Assembly: GCA_963793305.1 (NCBI GenBank)
Contig: CAWBZV010000003.1
Location: forward strand, 1,152,001-1,216,000
Length of the DNA: 64,000 nt
Direction: 5' to 3'
Origin: an uncultured Gemmatimonadales bacterium
Lineage (GTDB): Bacteria; Gemmatimonadota; Gemmatimonadetes; Gemmatimonadales; Gemmatimonadaceae
The translations under genes were made by a program, and so were the position numbers. Under the pieces are notes generated by a model. The model saw only the letters and a program-made list of their open reading frames with translations. It was not told the origin of the DNA and searched no databases. The stretch's first letter is position 1, and each line of letters opens with the position of its first letter. Positions 1 through 9,620 of this stretch are shown piece after piece.

Positions 1-645
1 TGGGTGTTCTATCCCGACCCGGTCGATTTCCGGCGCTACGAGCAAGTGAACCTGTACAGCGACACGAACGCGTTCGTGATCCACCGCAACGAGTTTATCA
101 CCCAGTGGCGGCCGTCGGAGCGCACCGTCGACGGACAGCCCGTCGTGCAGCTCCACGAGGAGAATCAGCTGAACAACACGCGCGGCAGCCATCGGCGCGG
201 CGGTGAGAATTTCGCGATCTGGGAAGCCACGTTCGGCCCGACGGACAAAGACGGCTATCCGGCGCCCATCTGGAATGACACGACGGGCGTCGTCAACCGG
301 GACGTCGCAATGTACTGGAAGGATCACTACGATATCCGGTACTATCTCGACCAGAACTGGTCCAAGATCGGCCCAGACCTGGTCGGCAAGATCCACGTCT
401 TCTGCGGCGACGAAGACAACTACTATCTCAACCTCGCCGTCTATCTCCTCCAGGACTATTTGGAGAACGTGAAGAACCCCGCCTACGGCGGTTCATTCGC
501 GTATGGCCGTCCGCTCAAGCCGCACGGGTGGCAGCCGACGACGAGCGCGGAGATGATCCGCCAGATGTCGGCCTATATCGCCAAGCGCCGGGGCCGCGTG
601 GCTGTCCATACGCCGACCATGAGGGCCAGCGCGCACACGAGTTGA
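1..645 (+). CDS. Putative esterase / alpha-beta hydrolase, C-terminal part (5' end lies outside the window)
   Basis: PDPVDF...WEA...DGYP..IW...GKIHVFCGDEDNYYLNLAVYL..H aligns by eye with the protein at 38292-40032. Confidence 0.75.
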   Translation, partial: WVFYPDPVDFRRYEQVNLYSDTNAFVIHRNEFITQWRPSERTVDGQPVVQLHEENQLNNTRGSHRRGGENFAIWEATFGPTDKDGYPAPIWNDTTGVVNRDVAMYWKDHYDIRYYLDQNWSKIGPDLVGKIHVFCGDEDNYYLNLAVYLLQDYLENVKNPAYGGSFAYGRPLKPHGWQPTTSAEMIRQMSAYIAKRRGRVAVHTPTMRASAHTS

Positions 646-1046
646 ACCCATCGGCCGATCGGCGCAGAGGCGTCGAGCACGGCAGCTGAGGGGTCACGGG
701 GGTCGTAGTGCACGGTGACTCCCGTGCCAGGCGCGTACTTCTGCAGCATGGAGTGCGTCGCGTGGTCCCTGGACGGATGGAGTGCGCTCCAACGGGAGCC
801 CGTGTACTGGTGCCCGTCAACGTCGAAGACGTAGGTGAGATGCAGTCGATCCGCGTGCATCCGGGAATTCCCCGATTTACCGAAGTACGTCCCGACATCC
901 TCGGGCACGATGCTCGAGGCGACCATTGTGCCCAACGTCGTCGGCCAGCGCGCCGTCTCGGCGATGATGTCAACATCCTGGGCGCTCGAGATGGCCAGGA
1001 GTGCGCCAAAGGCAATCACCAGCCACACCAGCCACGAGCGTCTCAC
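573..1046 (-). CDS. DUF3592-like membrane protein
   Basis: N-terminal TM, WPTTLGTMV, Y.FDVDGHQYTG, G..VTVHYDP.DP..AVL, C-terminal TM; the GTG start overlaps the upstream stop (GTGA). Confidence 0.75.
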   Translation of the reverse strand: MRRSWLVWLVIAFGALLAISSAQDVDIIAETARWPTTLGTMVASSIVPEDVGTYFGKSGNSRMHADRLHLTYVFDVDGHQYTGSRWSALHPSRDHATHSMLQKYAPGTGVTVHYDPRDPSAAVLDASAPIGRWVQLVCALALMVGVWTATRPRRLAI

Positions 1047-1840
1047 CGCGCCGCCCACTCGCGCAATAACGCGTCGCTGGCCGAGTCGGCTGGGAATGAC
1101 ATCTCCACGCGGAGCTCGTCGAGCGTCACGTCCTGCGGGGTACCGAAGGTGGTCAACGTGTTGAAGAGTCGAAGGACGGAGCCGTCGTCGAGCTGAATCT
1201 CGAGCGGCGACGTTGAGGACAACGGCACGTCGTCGTTGGCAATGTGGATCGGCGGCGCGTATGGCGACAGCTCGCGGAGCAGATCGTCCGACGGCGAGCC
1301 CGGCGCGGTCGCCGCCTCGCGGCGCAGGCGAGCCATGAGGTACGGCCCCGTCGACTGCCAACTGCGAATGCGCGGACGCAGGCCCGTCGGCGCGAACATC
1401 AAGCGCATGAAGTTCGGCTTGCCGTTCGGCGATAGTGACGCGAGCGCGGACGGATCGACGCAGCGCGAGACGACGCGCTCGTTCGCCGCGTTCCGCATCA
1501 CCATGTTCCAGTAGCGGTCGAGCACCATCGCCGGATACGGCTCCTGGTGCGAGAGAATCCGCTCCAGCGCCTCGCGCGCGCGCTGCATCGCCACGGCATC
1601 GAGGGTGCTCTCGGGATACATCGGCGCATACCCGGCGGCCGCAAGCAGGTCGTTTCGTACGCGCAACGGGAGATCGAGCGCGGTCGCGATCTTGAGCACC
1701 AGCTCACGACTCGGGTTGGCGCGACCCGATTCGACGAAGCTCAAGTGCCGCTGCGAGACGTGGGCCTTGAGCGCCAGCGCGAGCTGACTCTAATGTCGCA
1801 CGGCGCGCCACTCGCGCAGCAATCTCCCCAGGGCTGGCAC
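1043..1840 (-). pseudogene. XRE-family HTH / MmyB-like regulator with an in-frame TAG at codon 17
   Basis: From GTG at 1840 (GAGGT SD upstream) it reads MPALGRLLREWRAVRH*SQLALALKAHVSQRHLSFVESGRANPS; C-terminal TTFGTPQDVTLDELRVE; TAG at 1790-1792. Confidence 0.85.
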
Positions 1841-1893
1841 GTATTACCTCGGACGTAATTGAGCCGCAATGTCGTGCAATCTACCATCAATGC

Positions 1894-2859
1894 ATGAAGA
1901 CCATCGTGATTCAACAGTACGGTGGACCGGAGGTGCTCACAATGCGTGAGTTGCCGGTTCCCGAGCCAAAGCCCGGCGAGATTCGCATTCACGTCAAAGC
2001 CTTCGGCGTCAATCGCGCCGAAATCCACATGCGCGAAGGACACTGGGGCGACGTGTCCAAAATCTCCGGCATCGAATGCGTCGGCGTCGTCGATGCCGAT
2101 CCCTCCGGCGCGCTGCGTCGCGGACAAACCGTCGCCGCGATTGTCGGCGGCATGGGCCGCACGTTGCCCGGCAGCTACGCCGAATACACGTGCGTGCCAA
2201 TGAGCAACGTGTTCGTGCTCGACACCACGCTCTCCTGGGCCGATCTCGCGGCGATTCCCGAATCGTACGCGACCGCGTGGGGCGCCCTGTTCGATATCAT
2301 GTCGCTCCGGCCCAAGCACGTCGTATTGATTCGCGGCGCCACGTCCGCCCTCGGCCAAGCCGCGGTCAGTATCGCCTCGGACTACGGCGCCACCGTCCTG
2401 GCGACGACTCGGCGGACCGATCGCGTGAGGGGATTGGAGGCCCTCGGCGCATCGCGTGTGCTCATCGACCACGGGGTACTGGCCAACGAGGTGCACGGCA
2501 TCAATGGGGTGCTCGACATTGTCGGCAACCGCGTGCTTCGAGATTCCCTTCGCCTGCTCAAGAAAAACGGGACGCTGTGCGAGGTCGGCTTCTTGGGAGG
2601 CATGGAGCCAGTTGAGAATTTCAATCCCTTGCTCGACATGCCAAGTGGCGTGAACCTGCGGTTCTACGGGACGGGATTCGTGCTGGGCAATCCCGACTTC
2701 CCGCTGAGCGACATCCCCATGCAGAAGATCGTGGAGAAGGTGGCCAGCGGGGCGTACAAGACCAAGCCCGCCAAGGTGTTTCCGTTTGAGGCGATCCAGG
2801 ACGCCCACCGCCTCATGGAGTCCAACGAGGCCTGGGGCAAGATCGTCGTGACGGTTTAA
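1894..2859 (+). CDS. MDR-superfamily NADPH:quinone oxidoreductase-like protein
   Basis: GGPEVL, GVNRAE, GSYAEY, RGATSALG, AHRLMES...GKIVV. Confidence 0.9.
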   Translation: MKTIVIQQYGGPEVLTMRELPVPEPKPGEIRIHVKAFGVNRAEIHMREGHWGDVSKISGIECVGVVDADPSGALRRGQTVAAIVGGMGRTLPGSYAEYTCVPMSNVFVLDTTLSWADLAAIPESYATAWGALFDIMSLRPKHVVLIRGATSALGQAAVSIASDYGATVLATTRRTDRVRGLEALGASRVLIDHGVLANEVHGINGVLDIVGNRVLRDSLRLLKKNGTLCEVGFLGGMEPVENFNPLLDMPSGVNLRFYGTGFVLGNPDFPLSDIPMQKIVEKVASGAYKTKPAKVFPFEAIQDAHRLMESNEAWGKIVVTV

Positions 2860-2891
2860 ACCTGTTCGACTATGGCGGTGTCCCAACACAC

Positions 2892-5252
2892 GTGCGCAAA
2901 TACCTGAATGGCGTGACGACGATCGCGGTGCTCACCATGGCACTCGGCATCGCCGCCACCACCGCCGTATTCAGCGTCGCCAACGGCGTGCTGTTCCGCC
3001 CGCTGCCATACAACAACCCGGCCGGCCTGGTCATGATCTGGGACCGCTGGGTCGGTTGGCCGTCCACCTGGCTGTCCAACGCCGACTTCGTCGACTACCG
3101 GGACAAGGCGCGATCCTTCAGCGCCGTCGGCGCTTTCACCTACGGAACGCGCAACCTGACCGGTGGCGACCTCCCGGAGCTCGTTCGCGTCGGCATGGCG
3201 TCGTCCGGCGTATTCGACGCACTTGGCACAGCGGCCGCGCGGGGTCGACTCTACACGGTTGGCGAGGACCAACCCGGCGCCGCGCGCGTGGCCGTGATCA
3301 GCGACGGCCTCTGGCGCCGACGGTTCGCCGGTGACCCCAGCATCGTCGGTCGCTCGATCTTGCTCGACGACAGCAGCACGACCGTCATCGGCATCATGCC
3401 CGCCGACTTTCAGATGCCGCTCGACTTTGGCGCCGACCCGATGGACGTTTGGGTCCCACTCGCACTCGGCCCCGTGCCGCCCATTCCGCGGGGCGGCCAC
3501 TATCTCAATGTCGTCGCCCGCCTCCGAAGCGGCATTACGACCGATGCCGCCAACGCCGAGGTCAAGGCTATGGGCGCGCAGATGGTCGTCGACTACCCCG
3601 CTCAATACTCGCCGGACTTCGGTGCTTTCCTCCGGCCGATGTCCTCGCAAGTCCTGGGCGACGTCCGCCCGACACTCGCCCTGCTGCTCGCGGCCGTCGC
3701 CTGCGTGCTCCTCATCGCCTGCGCCAACGTCGCCAGCCTGCTCCTCGCGCGCGCCCACTCGCGCCAACGCGAGATCGCGATCCGATCCGCGCTCGGCGCC
3801 AGCCCGGCGCGACTGCTGCGAGAGAACCTCGTCGAAGCCCAGATGCTCGGGCTTGCGAGCGGTGTCCTCGGCGTGATACTCGCCTTCGGCGTCGTACACG
3901 CCATCGCGGCGGCGGCACCCGCAACCATACCGCGAATACGACAGGTTGGCATTGACGGAACGGTGCTCGCGTTCGCGTTGCTTGTCTCCATGCTCACCGG
4001 TTTCGCCTGCGGGCTCGTGCCCGGCCTGCATGTGTCCCGGTCGAACCTCAACGTACGGGGTGCGACGGGTGAGAGGGTCAGGAGAGTGCTGATCACGGCC
4101 GAAGTCGCGCTCTCGGTCGTCCTCCTCGTCGGCGCGGGCCTCTTGCTCAAGAGCTTCGCGCGACTCGAACGGGTCGATCCGGGATTCTCATCGGATCACG
4201 TGCTCACCGCGCGCGTCAACCTGCCCGTCTCCAAGTATGCGACCAACTCCGCCGTTCACGCGTTCTACCGCCGCGCGACGGACCAAGTGCGCGCACTGCC
4301 GTCGGTGACCGCTGCCGGCCTCGTGCGCGTGCTGCCGATGACCGACATCATGGGCGACTGGGACTTGATGCCGGAAGGAAGCCGCGCCAAATACGCGGCC
4401 GACTGGCAGGTCATCTCCCCCGAGTACTTCCGCGTCATGGGCATTCCGGTGCGCGAAGGACGGGCGTTGACCGAGGCCGACGACGAGCGTGGCACGCCGG
4501 TCATGGTGATCAACGAGGCCACGGCGCGCCGCATCTGGCCAGATGGGCATGCGGTTGGGCAGCGCGTTCGCATGGGCGGGGGTACGGACAGTGTCTATCG
4601 CACCGTCGTCGGGGTCGTCGCCGACATCAAGCATCGCGGCCTCGACGCCGAGGCGCGCCCCGAGATCTATCTGCCCCACGCGCAGTGGCCGAACGGCGGC
4701 GGCACCGCGGCCGCGACGATGTACGTCGTCGTGCGCACCGCGCGCGATCCGCGGTCCCTCGTGGCCGACGTACGGCGCGCCATCCAAACGCTCGATCCGA
4801 ACATTCCGCTCGCCAACGTGAGAACCATGGACGACGTCATGAGCGGTTGGGCCGCCGCGCGGCGGCTCGCGCTCCTCGTGCTCGCCATGCTCGCGACCAC
4901 CGCCGTTGTGTTGGCCGCCGTCGGCTTGTACGGCGTCATCGGCTTCGCGGTCACGCAACGGACGAGCGAGATCGGCGTGCGGCGCGCGCTCGGCGCCCAG
5001 GCCGGCTCCGTTCTGGCGCTCGTCGCTCGCCAGGGCTCGGTGCCCGTCCTCGTCGGCATCATTATCGGGATTGCCGGCGCCTTCGGCGCCTCACGCCTTA
5101 TGGCTGCGCTGCTCTTCCAAACGAGCGCCGTCGATCCCGTCGTGTTCATTGCGGTCCCGGCGCTGCTCGGCGTGGTCGCCGCGGCGGCGAGCTACGTTCC
5201 TGCACGACGAGCTGTGCGGATCGATCCTCTCATCGCTTTGCGGCAGCAATAG
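2892..5252 (+). CDS. ADOP-type duplicated ABC permease (MacB/FtsX x2)
   Basis: ALGIAATTAVFS, LLIACANVASLLLAR...REIAIRSALGA, EIGVRRALGA, PARRAVRIDP; no ATPase gene adjacent. Confidence 0.92.
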   Translation: MRKYLNGVTTIAVLTMALGIAATTAVFSVANGVLFRPLPYNNPAGLVMIWDRWVGWPSTWLSNADFVDYRDKARSFSAVGAFTYGTRNLTGGDLPELVRVGMASSGVFDALGTAAARGRLYTVGEDQPGAARVAVISDGLWRRRFAGDPSIVGRSILLDDSSTTVIGIMPADFQMPLDFGADPMDVWVPLALGPVPPIPRGGHYLNVVARLRSGITTDAANAEVKAMGAQMVVDYPAQYSPDFGAFLRPMSSQVLGDVRPTLALLLAAVACVLLIACANVASLLLARAHSRQREIAIRSALGASPARLLRENLVEAQMLGLASGVLGVILAFGVVHAIAAAAPATIPRIRQVGIDGTVLAFALLVSMLTGFACGLVPGLHVSRSNLNVRGATGERVRRVLITAEVALSVVLLVGAGLLLKSFARLERVDPGFSSDHVLTARVNLPVSKYATNSAVHAFYRRATDQVRALPSVTAAGLVRVLPMTDIMGDWDLMPEGSRAKYAADWQVISPEYFRVMGIPVREGRALTEADDERGTPVMVINEATARRIWPDGHAVGQRVRMGGGTDSVYRTVVGVVADIKHRGLDAEARPEIYLPHAQWPNGGGTAAATMYVVVRTARDPRSLVADVRRAIQTLDPNIPLANVRTMDDVMSGWAAARRLALLVLAMLATTAVVLAAVGLYGVIGFAVTQRTSEIGVRRALGAQAGSVLALVARQGSVPVLVGIIIGIAGAFGASRLMAALLFQTSAVDPVVFIAVPALLGVVAAAASYVPARRAVRIDPLIALRQQ

Positions 5253-6117
5253 AGAGAAACGCCGACAACGCCCGCGATAGTCGGTGTGGCTGGTAGACGG
5301 CGGCCAGCTCGGCTGTCGCCTGCACGCCGCTCAGTCGCCGAAACTCGACGCCTTCGAACCGGAGTCGGCGAACCGAGGCCGGAACCAGCGTGACGCCGAG
5401 TCCGGCGGCGACGAGCGTGAGAATGGTGTCGTACTCGGCGCTCTCGTGCGCCACCTTGGGCTCGAAGCCGGCGCGTTGGCAGATCCCGGTGAGCACGTCA
5501 TGGTGCGGCGGCGCAATGTGCCGCGGAAAGAGCACCCACGGTTCGTTGGCCAGCGCCGCGATCGGTATGATGTTGCGCGGCGCCAGGCGGTGATCGTGCG
5601 GCAGCGCGGCCACGAACGCCTCGCGGCGGACCACTTCGGCCCGGGCCCGCCCGACCGCGACCGGACCGCGGACAAGCGCGACGTCGACCAGGTCACGCTC
5701 GACCGCCTCGAGCTGCGACTCGGTCGTACCCTCGATCATCTCGAGGTGAATGAGCGGATAAGCGGCGCGGAATGCCCGGACCATTTCGACCAAGCCGCCG
5801 AGCGCGCCCGATCCCGTGTAGCCGATGCGCAGCCGGTCGACCTCGCCGCGCCCCGCGCGCATGGCCGCTTCGAGACTGCGGGCTGCCTCGGCCAAGGTAC
5901 GCCGCGCGCCGTCCAGGAGCGCCGTACCGGCGGGCGTGAGCTCGACGCGCCGGCTCGTGCGCACGAACAGCGGCGCCCCGATCGCGCGCTCGAGCTGTCG
6001 GATCTGCTGGCTCAGCGGCGGCTGGGAGACGTTCAATCGCCGCGCGGCGCGCGAGAAGTGCAACTCCTCGGCCACGGCAACGAAGTATCTAAGGTGGCGA
6101 AGATCAACGGCTTCCAT
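5230..6117 (-). CDS. LysR-family regulator, divergent from the amino-acid dehydrogenase
   Basis: DLRHLRYFVAVAEELHFSRAARRLNVSQPPLSQQIRQLE. Confidence 0.95.
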   Translation of the reverse strand: MEAVDLRHLRYFVAVAEELHFSRAARRLNVSQPPLSQQIRQLERAIGAPLFVRTSRRVELTPAGTALLDGARRTLAEAARSLEAAMRAGRGEVDRLRIGYTGSGALGGLVEMVRAFRAAYPLIHLEMIEGTTESQLEAVERDLVDVALVRGPVAVGRARAEVVRREAFVAALPHDHRLAPRNIIPIAALANEPWVLFPRHIAPPHHDVLTGICQRAGFEPKVAHESAEYDTILTLVAAGLGVTLVPASVRRLRFEGVEFRRLSGVQATAELAAVYQPHRLSRALSAFLSIAAAKR

Positions 6118-6193
6118 TGAGATGCCCCGAGTATGGATAACAGTCGAACAATATATTGGCCGTCTTGAGGTTAAGCGGGCAACATCCATCACC

Positions 6194-7216
6194 ATGGACC
6201 TGATCGAGCGCATTGGCCGCGATGGCCACGAATCCGTTGTTTTCGTCTCCGATCCCGCGAGCGGCTACCATGGGATCATCGCCATCCACTCCACGCGTCG
6301 CGGCCCCGCGCTCGGCGGCACCCGTCTCTGGAACTACGACAACGGCGATCAGGCCATTAACGATGCCCTAAGGCTCTCCGAGGGCATGACGTACAAGGCT
6401 GCCGCGGCTGGCATGCCGTGGGGCGGTGGGAAGTCCGTCATCATCGCGAATTCCGCGAAGATCGACCGGAAGAAGATCTTTCAGGCCCACGGGCGCGCGG
6501 TCGAGAAGCTCGGCGGTCAGTACATCACGTCGGTGGACATCGGGACCGGTCCGGACGACATGGTCTATGTGAAGGAAGAGACCACGCACGTCGGCGGGCT
6601 CCCGACGCCGTTCGGCAGCCCATCGCCCGCGACCGCGCGCGGTGTGCAGCGCGCGATCGAAGCCGCGCTCTTGGACGTGTGCGGCACCGCCGATGCGGCC
6701 GGGCGGACGGTCGCGATCCAGGGCGTCGGCAACGTCGGCTATGGTCTCGCGCGTGGGCTCCACGACGTTGGCGCGAAGCTCGTCGTGAGCGATGTCGACG
6801 CCGCACGCGCGAAGCGAGTCGCCGAGGAGTTCGGCGCGCGCGTCGTGCCCGTCGACCAGATCCACGCCGAGAAGGTCGACGTGTTCGCGCCCTGCGCGTT
6901 CGGCGCCGGGCTCTCCGAGACGACCATCCCGCAGCTTCGTTGCGGCATCATCGCGGGCGCCGCGAACAACCAGCTCGCGACGGCGGCCGATGGCAAGCGC
7001 TTGGCCGATCGTAGCATAGCCTACGCCCCCGACTTCATCGCCAACGCCGGCGGCCTTATCTACCTCGGCCAGGAAGTCCTCGGCTGGACGGCCGAGCAGA
7101 CCATGGCAAAGGTCGACGGCATCTTCGAGACGGTTCGCGAAGTCTTCCAGCGGGCCGCGAAGCACAACGTCACGACCGCCGAAGCCGCCGTCTCGCTAGC
7201 GAAGGAACGCCTCTAG
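6194..7216 (+). CDS. Glu/Leu/Phe/Val dehydrogenase (leucine dehydrogenase-like)
   Basis: GPALGGTR, GMTYK, GGGKSVI, QGVGNVG, GAANNQL, PDFIANAGG. Confidence 0.93.
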   Translation: MDLIERIGRDGHESVVFVSDPASGYHGIIAIHSTRRGPALGGTRLWNYDNGDQAINDALRLSEGMTYKAAAAGMPWGGGKSVIIANSAKIDRKKIFQAHGRAVEKLGGQYITSVDIGTGPDDMVYVKEETTHVGGLPTPFGSPSPATARGVQRAIEAALLDVCGTADAAGRTVAIQGVGNVGYGLARGLHDVGAKLVVSDVDAARAKRVAEEFGARVVPVDQIHAEKVDVFAPCAFGAGLSETTIPQLRCGIIAGAANNQLATAADGKRLADRSIAYAPDFIANAGGLIYLGQEVLGWTAEQTMAKVDGIFETVREVFQRAAKHNVTTAEAAVSLAKERL

Positions 7217-7393
7217 GCAAGGCAGTCGGCAAGGCAAGTCGGCAAGGCAAGTCGGCAAGGCAAGTCGGCAAGGCAAGTCGGCAAGGCAAGTCGGCAAGGC
7301 AAGTCGGCAAGGCAAGTCGGCAAGGCAAGTCGGCAAGGCAAGTCGGCAAGGCAAGTCGGCAAGGCAAGTCGGCAAGGCAAGTCGGCAAGGCAA
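7216..7393. repeat. 13-bp tandem array (GGCAAGGCAAGTC)n
   Basis: One 12-bp variant (7216-7227), 12 perfect units (7228-7383) and a 10-bp partial unit (7384-7393); intergenic. Confidence 0.98.
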
Positions 7394-7425
7394 CCCCGAG
7401 GACACAGCCGCGTGTCCAACCGGGG

Positions 7426-9585
7426 ATGCCCAATCCCGCGTCGAAACTCCGGCCCTCATACGGCGCCGCCGCGATAGCGGCGTGCGCCGTGTTCGTCTTG
7501 TACGTAGTGACGCTGCTGCCGAGCACCGCGATGTGGGACACGAGCGAATATCTCACTGCCGCAAAGGTGCTAGGCATCCCGCACCCGCCAGGCAATCCGT
7601 TCTTCGTGATCCTGGGCCACATATTCGCGATCCTTCCCATCGCCCCAACGGTCGCCCAGCGCGTCAACATCATGGCCGCGCTCACCAGCGCCCTCTCAGC
7701 GGGCATCTGGTTCCTGGTCACCGAACGGGTCCTCGCGCACTGGTTGCCGGAGCGATGGAAGCGCCTCACGGGGGCGTCGCTCGCCGTGATCATCGGCAGC
7801 ACCGCGTTCACCGTCTGGAGCCAGTCGGTCGTGAACGAGAAGGTCTACACAGTCTCGCTGCTCTTCCTCGCCGTCGTAACCTGGCTCGTGATCATGTGGT
7901 CCGACGACCCGGATGCACCGCGAGCCGAGCGACTGCTGGTACTCTCGGCATTTCTCATCGGGCTCGGTTACACGAACCACCCGGCGGGATTCCTCGTCGC
8001 CCCGGCAGTCGCCGTCGCAATCCTGTTCCGTAAGCCGAAGCTACTGATCGATCCCCGGTTCGTGGCCAAGTTCGCCGGCGTGCTCGCGCTCGGCCTCACG
8101 CCATTCTTGTTCGAGCCGATCCGGGCAGGCCAGCATCCAGCGTTGAACGAAGGCGACGTGAACGCCTGCCCAACGCACTTCGCATGGAGCTGCACGCTGA
8201 GTGCCGAGACCGCGCGCCGCACATACGAGCACATCACGCGCAAGCAGTACGGCGACCTCCCGTTCCTCGAACGGAAAGCCCCGATGTCGGCGCAGTTCGG
8301 GATGTACTGGCTCTACTTCAAGTGGCAATGGCTGCGCGACGCCGCGGGACGACTCCCCGGCCTCCAAAGCGCGCTCGGCGCCATCTTCCTGGCGCTCGGC
8401 CTCGCCGGCGGCGTCACGCACTGGAAGCGCGATCGCGCGTCGTTTTGGTACTACGCCACGCTCGTCTTCGTGGTCACACCGCTCCTCATCGTCTACCTCA
8501 ACTTCTCTTACGGCTGGTCTCAAGCCCCGGAGCTCGGCACCACTATCACCCGCGAGGTGCGTGACCGCGACTACTTCTATCTCTGGAGCTTCAGCAGCTG
8601 GAGCGTGTGGATCGCGCTCGGCCTCGTCGCCCTGTGGGAGACGCTCGCCAAGAAGAGCAGCTGGATCCTGGCAACCCCGGTGCTGGCCCTCGCGGCGATC
8701 CCGTTCATGGCGAACCGTCACGTCGCCCCGCGGACCGAGCAAGCGTCGACGCGCGATTTCGCGATCGACCTCCTCAACTCCGTCGAGCCATACGGCATCA
8801 TCATCAGTGGCGGCGACAATGATCTCTTCCCGCTCTGGTACGCCCAGGAGGTCGAAGGCGTACGGAAAGATGTCCTCGTCGTAACAACGTCACTCCTCGG
8901 CCTCGACTGGTACGCCGGCGAATTGCTGCAACGCCCCGTGTACACGTACGACGCGGCCAAGGGACCGGCGGTCTATCGCGATCGCGTGTGGCCGAAGCCC
9001 ACGCGCCCGCTGTTCACGATGTCGCTCGCCGAGACGCGCCAGGTGCCAGAGTATGTCCAGTTGCCCGGCCCCATGACGTTCAAGAAGGCCGGCACGCCGC
9101 TCGAAGCCGTCATCGACCCGCGCCGCCTCGAATACGGTGTCCTCTCGCGGGCCGAGATCTTCGTCCTGCACATGATCGGCGACGGGAGCGGGCGGCCCGT
9201 TTACATCAGCACGACGTACGGTCTCTATGGGAACTCGCTCGGTCTCGAGAACCATCTGCTGACCCAAGGTCTGGCGAGAAAAGTCGTCGACGCTCCCGTG
9301 GTCGGGACGCGGGATACGGTGATGGTCCCGGGCGATGGCTGGATGGACACGAGCCGGTCGGACGCCCTGTGGCGTGAGCAGCAGGGGCCGGCCACCATCC
9401 TGAAGCACCCAGGATGGAACGACCAGGCTTCGATCCAGATGCCGGCCATGTACATCGTTCGTGGTTACGCCCTCGCCGAGGGGCTCCAGAGACGCAACTT
9501 GCCTAGCGACGCGGCGACGATCGCGGAGGTGGTTGGCGAGTCCAATCGGATCGCCAACGCCATAGGATTCCGACTAAGAAATTGA
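7426..9585 (+). CDS. DUF2723 / TMEM260-like GT-C membrane glycosyltransferase
   Basis: WDTSEY...LGIPHPPGNP, EKVY, EVRDRDYFY, GDNDLFPLWYAQEVEGVRKDV; many TM helices. Confidence 0.88.
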   Translation: MPNPASKLRPSYGAAAIAACAVFVLYVVTLLPSTAMWDTSEYLTAAKVLGIPHPPGNPFFVILGHIFAILPIAPTVAQRVNIMAALTSALSAGIWFLVTERVLAHWLPERWKRLTGASLAVIIGSTAFTVWSQSVVNEKVYTVSLLFLAVVTWLVIMWSDDPDAPRAERLLVLSAFLIGLGYTNHPAGFLVAPAVAVAILFRKPKLLIDPRFVAKFAGVLALGLTPFLFEPIRAGQHPALNEGDVNACPTHFAWSCTLSAETARRTYEHITRKQYGDLPFLERKAPMSAQFGMYWLYFKWQWLRDAAGRLPGLQSALGAIFLALGLAGGVTHWKRDRASFWYYATLVFVVTPLLIVYLNFSYGWSQAPELGTTITREVRDRDYFYLWSFSSWSVWIALGLVALWETLAKKSSWILATPVLALAAIPFMANRHVAPRTEQASTRDFAIDLLNSVEPYGIIISGGDNDLFPLWYAQEVEGVRKDVLVVTTSLLGLDWYAGELLQRPVYTYDAAKGPAVYRDRVWPKPTRPLFTMSLAETRQVPEYVQLPGPMTFKKAGTPLEAVIDPRRLEYGVLSRAEIFVLHMIGDGSGRPVYISTTYGLYGNSLGLENHLLTQGLARKVVDAPVVGTRDTVMVPGDGWMDTSRSDALWREQQGPATILKHPGWNDQASIQMPAMYIVRGYALAEGLQRRNLPSDAATIAEVVGESNRIANAIGFRLRN

Positions 9586-9620
9586 TTTGACATAGCCCCG
9601 AGGGCTACATTCGTGGCCCG

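Noticed and set aside
7216..7393. CRISPR array, or a repeat protein (CLADLPCRLALPT)n
   Set aside because: Units are 13 bp with no spacers and no cas genes nearby; the minus-strand ORFs are just translations of a stop-free repeat
9588..9612. TTGACA plus TAGCCC-N3-GGGCTA dyad before the kinase
   Set aside because: Spacing from TTGACA to TACATT is only 13 bp and the dyad is short; too weak to call
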